From a virus (lineage: Duplodnaviria > Caudoviricetes): a stretch of DNA of 26,940 nt. Below are positions 1 to 10,243 of the stretch, piece after piece. The position numbers were made by a program, and so were the translations under genes. The notes beneath the pieces are model-generated. The model was given only the letters and a program-made list of their open reading frames with translations. It ran no database searches and was not told where the DNA came from. The DNA lies in the IMG/VR virus record IMGVR_UViG_3300025138_000281, positions 1 to 26,940 of that record; one strand, given 5' to 3'. The first letter of the stretch is position 1; each line of letters opens with the position of its first letter.

Positions 1-1383
1 CGCCTTGCTTTTGGCTCCCAGAACGGCATTAACTCCATGCGGGAAACCGCAGAACGCATGGCTAAAATGGGCCGTGGCGGCGACGATGTTATCATTCACG
101 CAAAAACAAGAGAACGTTTGATTCCTCAAGAAGTAAGTGACGGCAACCCTGAACTTATGTCTCAAGTAGATATCGCTATCGCCAACGCGGGCGCTGATCC
201 TTCGGCATATATTATTGGCAGCGAAACAAACTCAGTAAACCCTTACACAGGACAGCGGGAGTTCTTCTTAAAGAAGCTTATCTCCGGTGTTAAGAACGTG
301 TTTAAGAAGCTTGCCCCGATTATTGTGCCTATAGCGCTTAACTTTATAGCACCGGGGTTAGGTTCTATAGCTTCGGGCTTTATTGGCAGCGGAATTACTG
401 CATTGGCTCAAGGCAAGAACTTTAAGGAATCGTTAAAAGCGGGCCTTATAGGCGGCGTACTGGGCGGTATTAGCTCTGGAATGAAGGGCGTTATGGCGAA
501 AGGCGAGGGCGTAAAAGGAAATATGTTTGAAAGGTTTGGGCAAGGCTTTGAACAAGGGGCGCTTCCAGACCTTAGCGACGGTGCGAGTTCTATGTTTAAG
601 CTTGGAAAAGCGGAAGGCAGCACCCTGTTTGGCAAGCCGTATGATGTAGAAGCGGGCAACAAAGCCATAGCCGGGGGCAACACTCCCGTGATGGATAAAC
701 TTAGTGGGACGTTTTACAACGATCCCGTCGCTGCCGTTGGTCCAGACGTACAGGGCGCAGTTAATACCTTAAACGCTACTGGAAAACCGTTTGAGATGGC
801 GGACGCTATAACTCTCGCCAACCAGAGCGTTACTGCGGCCGTTCCGGGCAGCATAAAATATATACCTACTATTGCCGCTGGTTCTGCTCTTGCCTACGGC
901 TTGGGAGCTTTTGATGAAATTGAGCCTGAAAAAGTAGACGATCCATATGACAGCGCTTCGGCCTCTGAACGGCGTCTTGCTAATTTCCCTAGAAGGTACA
1001 GCACAGATACTCCTATAGCTGGTATGGGCGCTAATATGGACGACGTAATGGTTCCTTACTATGGGGAGCAAATGGCTCAACCTACGGTACAAGTTGCTCA
1101 ATCTTTGGAAGAGCAGTATCCTGATCTTTATAAGCAATACTTAGCAGAAAATCAAACTCAATTTGCCGCGGCGGGCGGTCCAATGGAATCCTTCCCACGC
1201 CGGACAGGTTATATCGCGGGCCCCGGAACAGAGACTTCTGACGATATCCCAGCGATGTTGTCTGACGGAGAGTTTGTAATGAATGCAAAGGCCGTCCGCG
1301 GTGCGGGTAACGGAAGCAGAGAGCAGGGAGTTCGTAACATGTACCAGATGATGCGAGCTTTTGAAGGGGGTGCAGTAGCATGA
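1..1383 (+). CDS. Phage virion internal/ejection (pilot-type) protein, probably 5'-truncated by the window
   Basis: Frame is open from base 1 (RLAFGSQNGINS precedes the ATG at 37). N-terminal GRGGDD..H...E / NPYTGQREFF motif, Gly-rich hydrophobic helices, and a C-terminal FAAAGG...GPGTETSDDIPAMLSDGEFV motif of the kind seen in tape-measure/virion proteins. ATGA overlap with the next gene. Confidence 0.7.
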   Translation, partial: RLAFGSQNGINSMRETAERMAKMGRGGDDVIIHAKTRERLIPQEVSDGNPELMSQVDIAIANAGADPSAYIIGSETNSVNPYTGQREFFLKKLISGVKNVFKKLAPIIVPIALNFIAPGLGSIASGFIGSGITALAQGKNFKESLKAGLIGGVLGGISSGMKGVMAKGEGVKGNMFERFGQGFEQGALPDLSDGASSMFKLGKAEGSTLFGKPYDVEAGNKAIAGGNTPVMDKLSGTFYNDPVAAVGPDVQGAVNTLNATGKPFEMADAITLANQSVTAAVPGSIKYIPTIAAGSALAYGLGAFDEIEPEKVDDPYDSASASERRLANFPRRYSTDTPIAGMGANMDDVMVPYYGEQMAQPTVQVAQSLEEQYPDLYKQYLAENQTQFAAAGGPMESFPRRTGYIAGPGTETSDDIPAMLSDGEFVMNAKAVRGAGNGSREQGVRNMYQMMRAFEGGAVA

Positions 1384-2756
1384 GTGTTAGCGAAACAGTT
1401 GTAACCAACCGCCAAGACCCGGCAATTGAAGCCTACCGTTTAGGACTTTTACAAGACGTTCAAGGCTTTACTGGCGGGCAGATTTTTGGGCAAAACGTTC
1501 AAAACTTGCGTAAGCAGGGTCTTTCTGACCAACAAATCTCTGAGCGTTTATCTACGGCGGCTACTGGGACTGAGGGCGAAGATGATTACAACGCTGGTCG
1601 AACCTATTCTTTAGACGAAGTTAGCGGAATTAATCAGGACGCCCAGTATGCTCCCCCTGACTACCAGATTGCGGGTCTTAGTGCGTCTGAACAAGCGGCG
1701 ATTACTCAGGCTCAACAGGGTTTGGGCGCATATCAGCCTTACCTTGACCGAGGGGATCAGTCAGTTCGTTCCGGTATTTCTTCTTTATATGGTACAGGGG
1801 CACAGTTTGATCCCACTAACGCAAGAAACTTTGCCAACCAAGGCATAGCGGCTTATGGCCAAACTACAGGCCAGTATGATCCGTCACGGGCTATACAAAA
1901 TACTTATGGCGCTATGGACGATCTGTCTGGAACAACGGGTGGATACGATCCGGCAAGCGCCAAAGCTTATATGAACGAGTACGAAGATGCTGCTGTGCAG
2001 CAAGCTTTAGCCGACGTGGCCCGTGCTGGAGAGGTACAGAAAACTCAACTAGGAGCAAATGCTGTAGGTGCGGGAGCGTTTGGCGGAGCGCGTCAGGGCA
2101 TTGAAAACTCAGAGCTTGGCCGTAACATTTTGATGCAACAGGGCCGAACAGCGGCTCAGATGCGGGCTGCGGGATATGAAAGCGCGGCACAGCGGTCTCA
2201 GCAAGCGTTTGAACAACAGATGGGCCGTGGTCAAAATGCGGCGGCGCAGCGGTCTCAGATGGGCTTGCAGGCTGGACAGTTTGGCAGTCAGACATACGAG
2301 CAAGCGATGGCTCGTCGTCAAGCAGCGGCACAGAACGCGGCAAATCTTGGTATGTCAGCAGAACAGTTTGCGGCAACTGGGATGGAAAATGCAATGGCTC
2401 GTCGTCAGGCGCAGGCCAGCGGATATGGTCAACTGGGCATTCAGCAAGCGGGTCTTGGAGAAATGCGGGCGAACCTTGGCAGCATGGACCTACAAAACTT
2501 AATGGGGACGGGCGCTTTAGAGCGTGGAAACCGTCAAGCGGGCTTGGATGCGCTACGTCTGTCAAACTTGCAGCGTTATACGCAACCTTATCAGCAGTAT
2601 GGCTTCCTTTCAGACATTTATTCTGGTACTCCTTCGGGGTCATCTACACTTACAGCGGCATCAGCGCCGCAAACTTCACCTTTCCAATCCATGTTAGGTT
2701 TGGGAATAGCGGGTTTAAGTGCCGCGGGCGGCGCACAAAAAGCAGGATTATTGTAA
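1380..2756 (+). CDS. Putative DNA transfer/ejection (pilot) protein, Gln/Ala/Gly-rich with internal repeats
   Basis: 458 aa. YMNEY and AGAFGGARQ motifs, helical Q/A repeats, and a C-terminal Gly-rich hydrophobic tail (SMLGLGIAGLSAAGG), as typical of podovirus ejection proteins. Confidence 0.65.
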   Translation: MSVSETVVTNRQDPAIEAYRLGLLQDVQGFTGGQIFGQNVQNLRKQGLSDQQISERLSTAATGTEGEDDYNAGRTYSLDEVSGINQDAQYAPPDYQIAGLSASEQAAITQAQQGLGAYQPYLDRGDQSVRSGISSLYGTGAQFDPTNARNFANQGIAAYGQTTGQYDPSRAIQNTYGAMDDLSGTTGGYDPASAKAYMNEYEDAAVQQALADVARAGEVQKTQLGANAVGAGAFGGARQGIENSELGRNILMQQGRTAAQMRAAGYESAAQRSQQAFEQQMGRGQNAAAQRSQMGLQAGQFGSQTYEQAMARRQAAAQNAANLGMSAEQFAATGMENAMARRQAQASGYGQLGIQQAGLGEMRANLGSMDLQNLMGTGALERGNRQAGLDALRLSNLQRYTQPYQQYGFLSDIYSGTPSGSSTLTAASAPQTSPFQSMLGLGIAGLSAAGGAQKAGLL

Positions 2757-5700
2757 ATGAACGTTCCAAACAGATACAAAGGCTTTTCTCAGTTGCCTGA
2801 AAACGTGCAACAGCGCATGGACCCTTCTTTGGCTAATAAGTACCAGATGGGTGGCTCTGTTATGCAGCGTCCGTTGTTTAGGCAAATGGGCGGTCCGACT
2901 GACATGATGCCACAAGATATGATGCCGCCACCTCCGATGGGTGGCGCTCCAATGCCCCCTCCTCCGATGGCTCCCCCTCCGATGGGCGTAGACCCTGCTA
3001 TGGAAGCGCAATTGATGGACGCCGAGAACACGGGTCAGCAAATTGGCGCACAGTTCTCTGAAGATATGATGATGAATTTGGAAGGCGCAGAAGACTATCA
3101 GTCTTTGATTGACGGGATTCGAGGCAACCAGCTTCCTATAGATGCTCGTTATCAAGAGCTTGCGGGTTACGTTGGCGAGCAAGACGCCATGGCAACACCG
3201 GAATCGGTTTTAGCCTTAACTCAGCCTACTATAATGATGACTGAGCAGGGTGCGATGGACAGCGGCATTGGTGAGTTGATGCAAGGTATTGCTGGTGACG
3301 TACCGATGGAAGGTCCGATGGACGAGGGCGTTGGCGCACTCATGGCGGCGGGGGCGGGAAACACACCACCCGTAAATTTTAGGAATGGCGGACCTGTAGA
3401 GGTCCGCGGTTACTCCAACGGTGCCGCAGTTAGCTCGGGCGGCGGAAGTCGAATTATGGCGCAGGCCGAAAGAGACGCTTCAGGTTACGAGAAATACTTT
3501 GCAGGCGGCTTAGACCAAGAAGCGCGGGCCGCGGCCCTTGCGGAGCAAAACGAGATGGCGAAGGCTCAGATGTTGTTTGACATTGCGGGCACTGCTTTAA
3601 ACTTTGCAGGCAATACGCAAGGCAATACTATTGCGGAGCGCTTGGCTAATGCCGCGGCACAAACTCAGTTAACCGACAAGATCGGAGCGCGGTCCGCGGG
3701 CATTTTGACTGCGAAACAATCGCAGGCGGCCGAAGAACGTCAGCTTCGCATGGCCGCTAGGCAGGCCAGCTTGAATCAGGCTCAAGCTGACGACACGTTT
3801 AGAAAAAACTTAGAATTAGCGTCAGCTAAAAAATCGGCAGGTACTCCAAAATTTGAAACTTTATATAACGTAAATGGGGAAGGAAACCTGACCGGGCAAG
3901 GCACTAGATACGATTTAACAGACCCTCTTTCATTGACTAGGTATAACGCCGCTCTTAGAACAGGAAAATATCGGGACGCAACAACCGCTGCCCCGTTCCT
4001 TGCGGCTTTGGGTGAAGAAATAAAACCTCAAGAGCTTACTCAAGTGCAAGTTACGGCCCCTATAACTGTTGATGGTTACACTTATAAAATAGGTGAGATT
4101 GCCAATCTCACTCCGAGACAAAAACAAGACAATGCTAGAAAATGGAGCGCTGTTCCCGAAAAAGTTGAGTTTGTAACTCTTAATAAAGGTACAGAAACCA
4201 AGCTAGTTATTACAAATGCTCCGGGGTCTGGAAAAACTCTTCAAACGTTATCTGACCTAGGCTGGAGTACAAGCACTTTAGAAGGGGAAACAGCCGCTAA
4301 GAAAGAGATTATCAGCTTTACACAAGGCTTTAACAAAGACGCTCAAGCCCGCTTGTTTGCGAACCAAAAAGAACTTGCAGGAATGTCCGACAAAACAACC
4401 CGAAGAGGTCAGGACCTGCAAGAACAGATTGCAAGGGATGGAAGAGAGCTTCAAAAAACTTTACAAGACAACAGGCAGCTATTTACAACTGGTCGAGATC
4501 AGACGTTGCAGGGTTATAAGACGGCCCTTAAATCTTACAGCGCTACTATTGACAAAGATTTGCTGGCTCTCAAAGGCCAACAAGGCGTTGAAATTGAAAA
4601 ACTTAGAGCCGAACTTAGGGATCAAAGCTCTAAAGTTTCATCTGAACTTAGTTTGGCTAATCAACTTTCTGTTGCGAAGGTTAAGCGCAGCTATGAGATT
4701 GAGCGCCTTACTACAACAAATGAACGGTCAATTGAGATTGAAAAACTTAGGTCCGCGTTAGGCGATGCTTCACGACAAGATCAAAACGTTTTCAAAGCGG
4801 CCGAATCGCTACTTAATAGAGTTGCAGATACAGAAGGTCTTTTAAGTCAACAAGAATGGAAAAACATTCAAAACGAACTTGATCGTAATTTTAAAGGCAC
4901 GGAAGCTGAGAAAAAAGCTGCGGCACTTCTTTTACAGAACATTGCAAAAAACAACATGACCGCAGAGGGCTTAGACCTGCAAGAAGCAAGAGACCTTGTT
5001 TCGAAAGCTAAGGGTGAAGCCAAAACTATTTTGGACAGAGAGCGCTTTGAACTTGAGAAAGCAGAGGAGCCGTTGCTTGCCGCTAAAGGCACGGACGCTA
5101 CGATCAAAGCGCTTTCAGATCAAGACAAGCTAGACAGATACGCTACTAACACAATGCCCGCTACTGAGGCTAATCAGTTTGACATGATTATAGAATATTG
5201 GGCAAAGAAACAAAGCGAGAAGTGGTCTAGTGCTGCAAATGATGGCCAAGGGGGCTATGTTCCTAGTGCTTTAACTCTTGGACCAGCTTTGAAAAAGGCA
5301 ATCGCGGCCCGCGTAGCTATACTTGGACAGGAAAACGTTCCTGATTTAAGTAATGCATCTAATTTTGTTGTGAGAGGAGCGCCGGGAAGCGTTGCGGCAT
5401 ATGCGTTTAACGAAGACGGAACAGTGAATCCGGACTCATTTAACTCAGATAATACACTGATAATTTCGGGTGTTGACTTGTCAAAGTCTCAGGGCATAGC
5501 TTCGGGCTTTAACCGTGTGTTTAAAAACATAGGTTCGTTTATTAAAGAAATCTCACTTGGGTTTTTTGATACGGAAGGTGGCCCTTCTAGTAAAGTTGGT
5601 GTTACTAGAAGGGCTGACGCTGAATTAGACGCTTTAGCAAGAAAAACTATTGAACTTGGAAGATCGGGCGTAGAAGGAAAAGTTTTTGCTTTAGATGTTA

Positions 5701-6041
5701 AACTTTTAGAAGAAGAAGTTAAGAACTTTAAGGCTTCGGCTTTTGGTACAGACCGAGGGGCTTTGGATCAACTGTATGTTACAAGGGCTTCAATGGCGGC
5801 ACAGTTTGGAGCTATTGTAGATGTTCTAAATGGTGGAACTAAAGGAGGTTATACGGAACTCCAAGTAACCACAGCTAGAGCAACGAAGCCAAAACTAGAA
5901 GAATTGTTAGGCGAGTATACCGCAGCAATTCTTATATATGAGCGGTCTTTGGATTCTTCTTCAAGCGCTGAAGCAAGCACCGCCAGCGACCAAGTTCAAA
6001 CGGGGGGTTCTTTGACACGCGATGCTGGAAGAGTTAATTAA
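2757..6041 (+). CDS. Large virion internal protein (Met/Pro-rich N-terminus, long coiled coil)
   Basis: 1094 aa ORF abutting the previous stop. KYQMGG, FRQMGG and FRNGG motifs, a polyPro/Met tract, and an extended helical K/E/Q/L region. Lies within the ejection-gene cluster. Confidence 0.65.
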   Translation: MNVPNRYKGFSQLPENVQQRMDPSLANKYQMGGSVMQRPLFRQMGGPTDMMPQDMMPPPPMGGAPMPPPPMAPPPMGVDPAMEAQLMDAENTGQQIGAQFSEDMMMNLEGAEDYQSLIDGIRGNQLPIDARYQELAGYVGEQDAMATPESVLALTQPTIMMTEQGAMDSGIGELMQGIAGDVPMEGPMDEGVGALMAAGAGNTPPVNFRNGGPVEVRGYSNGAAVSSGGGSRIMAQAERDASGYEKYFAGGLDQEARAAALAEQNEMAKAQMLFDIAGTALNFAGNTQGNTIAERLANAAAQTQLTDKIGARSAGILTAKQSQAAEERQLRMAARQASLNQAQADDTFRKNLELASAKKSAGTPKFETLYNVNGEGNLTGQGTRYDLTDPLSLTRYNAALRTGKYRDATTAAPFLAALGEEIKPQELTQVQVTAPITVDGYTYKIGEIANLTPRQKQDNARKWSAVPEKVEFVTLNKGTETKLVITNAPGSGKTLQTLSDLGWSTSTLEGETAAKKEIISFTQGFNKDAQARLFANQKELAGMSDKTTRRGQDLQEQIARDGRELQKTLQDNRQLFTTGRDQTLQGYKTALKSYSATIDKDLLALKGQQGVEIEKLRAELRDQSSKVSSELSLANQLSVAKVKRSYEIERLTTTNERSIEIEKLRSALGDASRQDQNVFKAAESLLNRVADTEGLLSQQEWKNIQNELDRNFKGTEAEKKAAALLLQNIAKNNMTAEGLDLQEARDLVSKAKGEAKTILDRERFELEKAEEPLLAAKGTDATIKALSDQDKLDRYATNTMPATEANQFDMIIEYWAKKQSEKWSSAANDGQGGYVPSALTLGPALKKAIAARVAILGQENVPDLSNASNFVVRGAPGSVAAYAFNEDGTVNPDSFNSDNTLIISGVDLSKSQGIASGFNRVFKNIGSFIKEISLGFFDTEGGPSSKVGVTRRADAELDALARKTIELGRSGVEGKVFALDVKLLEEEVKNFKASAFGTDRGALDQLYVTRASMAAQFGAIVDVLNGGTKGGYTELQVTTARATKPKLEELLGEYTAAILIYERSLDSSSSAEASTASDQVQTGGSLTRDAGRVN

Positions 6042-6058
6042 ATACCATAGGGGGGTTA

Positions 6059-9000
6059 ATGATGGCCGACAATAACGTTGAATTAGACCCTACCGGGGCA
6101 AACGTAGAAGAATTTATTGGAACTACGGACGTGCCTTCACTCGTGTCTGTTCCAAAGGAGCCTGCGACTTTTAAGCAAGTTTATATTAACAAAGTTATTT
6201 TAACCCCTGAACTAATGAACACGGCTCGCGATCTTTTTCCTCAAGCAAAACAGGAAGCTATAGAGGCGGGAGATATGTCATTTCCCCGGACTTCAGGCGG
6301 GTTTCTTGCAAACGACCTAGTAGATACCATGCGCGTGGATTTTAAGGATCGGCTTGCAGAAGACCCTAATTATATTACATACGAAAGCTTGAGAAACGGG
6401 ACGGCGACAATACTAGACGAAATTGAGATTTACGCTGGAAAAAGCCCAAAAGAACGTATGTTAACAGATGACGACATTGCTAAAATATTTAGCAATGCAG
6501 AGGATGCGCCGTTTGCTCGTGCTTTCTTTGGAGAACTAGCGAAAACAGTTCCCGCTTTACAGGCCGGAATGTCAACTACGGCTTTGACCGCGGGGAAACT
6601 TTATTCAAAACCGCTTTTTCCAGTTGGAACTCCTTTAAGCGGTGCGGAGTGGCTTGGTAAAACGGTTGCGGCTCTTGGGACGGGTGTTGCTGTGGGTTTT
6701 GGCGTATATAGCGCTGCTGATGCAATTGAAGAAGGTTTTTTAGGTCCCGATCCAGTAGTTGTTCCCGGACAGCGGGCCGCGTATGAGGCTTTTAGAACCG
6801 CGGGCGGCGGTGCTGCAAACATCCTTTTTCCGTTTATGTTATCGCGATACACCGTAGACAGTGGAGCAAGGTTTGTTTTAGATAATCTTGCAAGAAACAT
6901 AAAAGGCCCTATTGGTTTACGCATACAGGCCAGTTTAGATGAAATGTTGGCAGGTTCAGCAAGATTAGCCACGGGCTCTCGGACCGGAGCAATAAGCACG
7001 GCGATTGTAGAGAGTGGCGGCGCACTGGGCTCCGCGGGGGCAGCTTATCTAGCAGAGGATGCCAATGTTGGAACGGGTGGAAGGCTGCTTTCTGAGTTTA
7101 TCGGAGGCAACATAGGAGCTTTGACCGTCTTAAAAGCTCTTCCAAAAGCTTTAACGTCCCTTACAGACGCGGGCGGGGTCGAAGGAATTACAAGCTCCAT
7201 TGGAGACGCTCGTCAAAAGAAAGTTTTTTCAAAAATAAGCGAGCTTTACCAAAAATTTGGTGACCAATCTCAGTACGACGAATTGTTAGAAAATTTAACC
7301 AGCCCAGCATTTAAGGCAGAAATGGAGAAGGCTTTTCCGGGCGTTGACTTTAGTGTTGGGCAACGGTCGGGAGACCCGTTGTTCATGGCTTTAGAGGCTT
7401 CGCGGTCGGCAAAGAGTGAAGACCTTAGCGCCGCTCGCAAGAAGTCCGAAAGATTAGCGTTTGAAGCAACAAACAACTTTATAAAAGCTTTGACCGCGGA
7501 AGGTTCAGAAGCTTCATTAAATGCTGCGGCTCAGTTGCGAAAGTCTTTGTTTGACGAAGCGGTTCAAAACAACATTAGTGTTCCACTAGCCCGACTTGCT
7601 AAGTCTATAGCGCAACTAAAAAAACTTCCCGTAGTAGATGGTGATCCAACCGTTATTGCAGGATTAAGTCCGGCCGCTCTTTCCAAAAAATTAACAGACG
7701 TTTTAGAAAACCAACTCTTTACCGTGATGGGCGCTAAAGAACGCGCGTTGTACACAGCCGCGGGAGCAAGGGACCACGTTGTTTATGATCTTTCTGAAGG
7801 TGTCCCAGAATTTATTAAGGTGTTCGACGAAATATCTTATTTAAACCCGTCTGTTCAAGCCGAGTTTGAAAAATCAATGCCCGAGATTGCGCTTTTTATT
7901 AAACAAGCAAAAAGAGATTTAGGTTTAGACGTTGAAGGCGGGGAGAGTTTTAACCTTACAGCTTTGCAATCGGAAGTAGACCAAACTACAGAAATTCTTT
8001 CTAAATATGTTCCAGTGGATCGTAGAAAAGAAAGGGGCGTGGATTATCAAGTTTTTGATTTTGAAGATTTTAATATCAGTCTTTCATTTATGAAAAATAG
8101 TTTTAAAGAAAAAAACCTGTCTTTCGACGAGCAAGCAGACATTTTTGAAAAAGTTGCTAAAGATAAACTTTCTTTATCCGAAAAGATTAACGACGGTGCT
8201 AGTGCGACACCCAGCATGGCGAAAGAATCTCGTGAGGCATACGCAAACGTCTTGCTGGCGGAAGCAGGACTTGCAAGGGCCAAAGCTACGCGTGGGATGG
8301 TCGGTGACGAAGCCGAAGCTGTTGTTATAACCGCTGGAAAAATAGATGAAATCCGAAGCCGCGCGTTAGCACTGGGCAGAGAGTTTACAAGCGGGCTTTA
8401 CCCTGCAAAATCTGACTATGGAAGACGGCTTGGGCAGCTTGCAAACTCTTTGAGAGAAGGCTTGGATGCTGTTGAAGGAGGTGCGCCGGAAGCTTACAAA
8501 AACGCACTTGCTTTTACTAGGGCTAAACACGACGTGGTTAGCCGAATGGTTAACGCAAAGGCTAAGTCTAGTTTGAGAAGTGGCGCAAGGGCCATAGACC
8601 CTGAAATTCAGTTTAGTACTTATATTAACGCAAATCCTAGCGTAACGTTAGGCCGGACTCGACAACTTCAAGCCTTGGCGCAATTTGCGGACGATCAAGA
8701 CTTGGCTTCATATGCCCTTGAGGCTGGAGTTGAACCGGGTGTAGACCCCGTTTTTACAACTATAAACAACCTTACAGACGCTTATTTGAGGAAAACTCAA
8801 ATAGACAAGGTTATTACAAAAAAATTCGACTCTACTTTAAACAGGGAAGTAATAGAGGTAAACGATCAAAAGTTAGCTGAGTGGAGAGACGCTAATTCAG
8901 ATTTGTTGGAAGCTTTTCCACAGATAGATATTGATACAGCAGATGCTGTAACTTTTCAAAGGTCTTTAGAGTTTAAACAAGCTCGTAAAGCCAAGCTAGA

Positions 9001-10237
9001 TAAGAAAGGGTTGGTCCAACAACAACTGGGTTCTCTTTTAAACGGCAGGTCTCCAACCGAAGCAATCGGAGAAGCTTTTGAGGCCGCACAACCTGCGGAC
9101 GCTATGCGAAAGCTGTTTAACATTAGAAGAGTAGCCGCAGACTTCACTATAACCGGGGGTAGAACCCGGTCTCGTGTTAAACTGGGAACTCCTAAACCCA
9201 ACTCAAGAACGGCGCTAATTCAAGAGGCCGGATTAAAAGTTAAAGACGTGAACGAAGGGTTTCGGACCGCTATCTTGCAACAAGCAATGATGCGGGCTGG
9301 AGGAGAAGTTGGAGGTAAAAACAAAACCTTTGACCCAAAAACGTTTCACGAGTTTTTGTTTAAGCCTATGGGCAAGTCTAATCAGGTTTCCGTTGCAGAC
9401 CTTGCCTTAAAAAACGATATATTTACAGAGGGCCAGTTTAAACGGTTAAAATTTATGTCTACTCAGATGGTTAGAATTCAAGCTGCGGACGCGGCAGGAA
9501 GACTAAAAGACCCTGATTTTGCCGATGAGGCGGGTGCTATAGTAGATTTTTACTATTCTGTTGTGGGATCGGCGTTAGGTTCCGCAGCTTACAGTGCAAC
9601 TTCAAGTGTCCTTCCTATTTCGGGTAGCGCCGGACAATTGGCGGCGTCTTCTGCGGGCGCTAAATATATAAGAACAATTATGCAATCAATTCCGGCTGTG
9701 CAGAACTTGGAAACTTTGGATCAAGCGTTTATGGACGCAGAACTTGTCAGCAAGCTTTTGCGTAGACCTACAAATGCTGCTGATGCCGAACGTCAAAGGT
9801 TTTCCGTTGGAAACCATCTAAAAGAAATGTTCTTTACAAAAGGCGCAACGATAGGCCGAGAGATGATTCCGTTTGTGGCTAGGGAAACTTTTGAGGAAGA
9901 CGACAACACGGTTGAAGCGCCGTATCTAGGATTTCCGGGCTTTCCAGAAAACGCAGAAAAAAATCGTCAACAGTACATTGACCGTATTCGGCGCAACCTT
10001 CCTCCCAACGATCAGCAGGGGGCTTTTGTTCCACCGTCTAATTTTCCCGCGAGACCTTCGCCTGTGGTATCTCCCACCACGCAGGCGTCGGCCGTACCTA
10101 GTCCTGCCCCGGCTCCAATTAATTCTGGTCCGGTAGACAGAACTAGGTACGCAGCCCTATTCCCAAATGATTCGATTTCCGGTATGATGAAAACACAAAT
10201 GTTGTCCCGCGGCGGCATTGCAAGTTTGATGAGGTAA
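6059..10237 (+). CDS. Large internal virion/ejection protein
   Basis: 1392 aa. Several Gly/Ala-rich hydrophobic segments (e.g. VAALGTGVAVGFGVYSAA, GGALGSAGAAYLA), mostly helical, Pro-rich linker, then YAALFPND...MLSRGGIASL C-terminus. G-rich RBS upstream. No catalytic motif recognised. Confidence 0.65.
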   Translation: MMADNNVELDPTGANVEEFIGTTDVPSLVSVPKEPATFKQVYINKVILTPELMNTARDLFPQAKQEAIEAGDMSFPRTSGGFLANDLVDTMRVDFKDRLAEDPNYITYESLRNGTATILDEIEIYAGKSPKERMLTDDDIAKIFSNAEDAPFARAFFGELAKTVPALQAGMSTTALTAGKLYSKPLFPVGTPLSGAEWLGKTVAALGTGVAVGFGVYSAADAIEEGFLGPDPVVVPGQRAAYEAFRTAGGGAANILFPFMLSRYTVDSGARFVLDNLARNIKGPIGLRIQASLDEMLAGSARLATGSRTGAISTAIVESGGALGSAGAAYLAEDANVGTGGRLLSEFIGGNIGALTVLKALPKALTSLTDAGGVEGITSSIGDARQKKVFSKISELYQKFGDQSQYDELLENLTSPAFKAEMEKAFPGVDFSVGQRSGDPLFMALEASRSAKSEDLSAARKKSERLAFEATNNFIKALTAEGSEASLNAAAQLRKSLFDEAVQNNISVPLARLAKSIAQLKKLPVVDGDPTVIAGLSPAALSKKLTDVLENQLFTVMGAKERALYTAAGARDHVVYDLSEGVPEFIKVFDEISYLNPSVQAEFEKSMPEIALFIKQAKRDLGLDVEGGESFNLTALQSEVDQTTEILSKYVPVDRRKERGVDYQVFDFEDFNISLSFMKNSFKEKNLSFDEQADIFEKVAKDKLSLSEKINDGASATPSMAKESREAYANVLLAEAGLARAKATRGMVGDEAEAVVITAGKIDEIRSRALALGREFTSGLYPAKSDYGRRLGQLANSLREGLDAVEGGAPEAYKNALAFTRAKHDVVSRMVNAKAKSSLRSGARAIDPEIQFSTYINANPSVTLGRTRQLQALAQFADDQDLASYALEAGVEPGVDPVFTTINNLTDAYLRKTQIDKVITKKFDSTLNREVIEVNDQKLAEWRDANSDLLEAFPQIDIDTADAVTFQRSLEFKQARKAKLDKKGLVQQQLGSLLNGRSPTEAIGEAFEAAQPADAMRKLFNIRRVAADFTITGGRTRSRVKLGTPKPNSRTALIQEAGLKVKDVNEGFRTAILQQAMMRAGGEVGGKNKTFDPKTFHEFLFKPMGKSNQVSVADLALKNDIFTEGQFKRLKFMSTQMVRIQAADAAGRLKDPDFADEAGAIVDFYYSVVGSALGSAAYSATSSVLPISGSAGQLAASSAGAKYIRTIMQSIPAVQNLETLDQAFMDAELVSKLLRRPTNAADAERQRFSVGNHLKEMFFTKGATIGREMIPFVARETFEEDDNTVEAPYLGFPGFPENAEKNRQQYIDRIRRNLPPNDQQGAFVPPSNFPARPSPVVSPTTQASAVPSPAPAPINSGPVDRTRYAALFPNDSISGMMKTQMLSRGGIASLMR

Positions 10238-10243
10238 GTAGCT

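Noticed and set aside
1912-2643. 243-aa minus-strand ORF
   Set aside because: Antisense shadow of the repetitive pilot-like gene, with no recognisable motif.
6059-10237. Virion RNA polymerase or transglycosylase in the largest ORF
   Set aside because: No DxDGD-type, T7-type RNA polymerase or SLT motif recognised.
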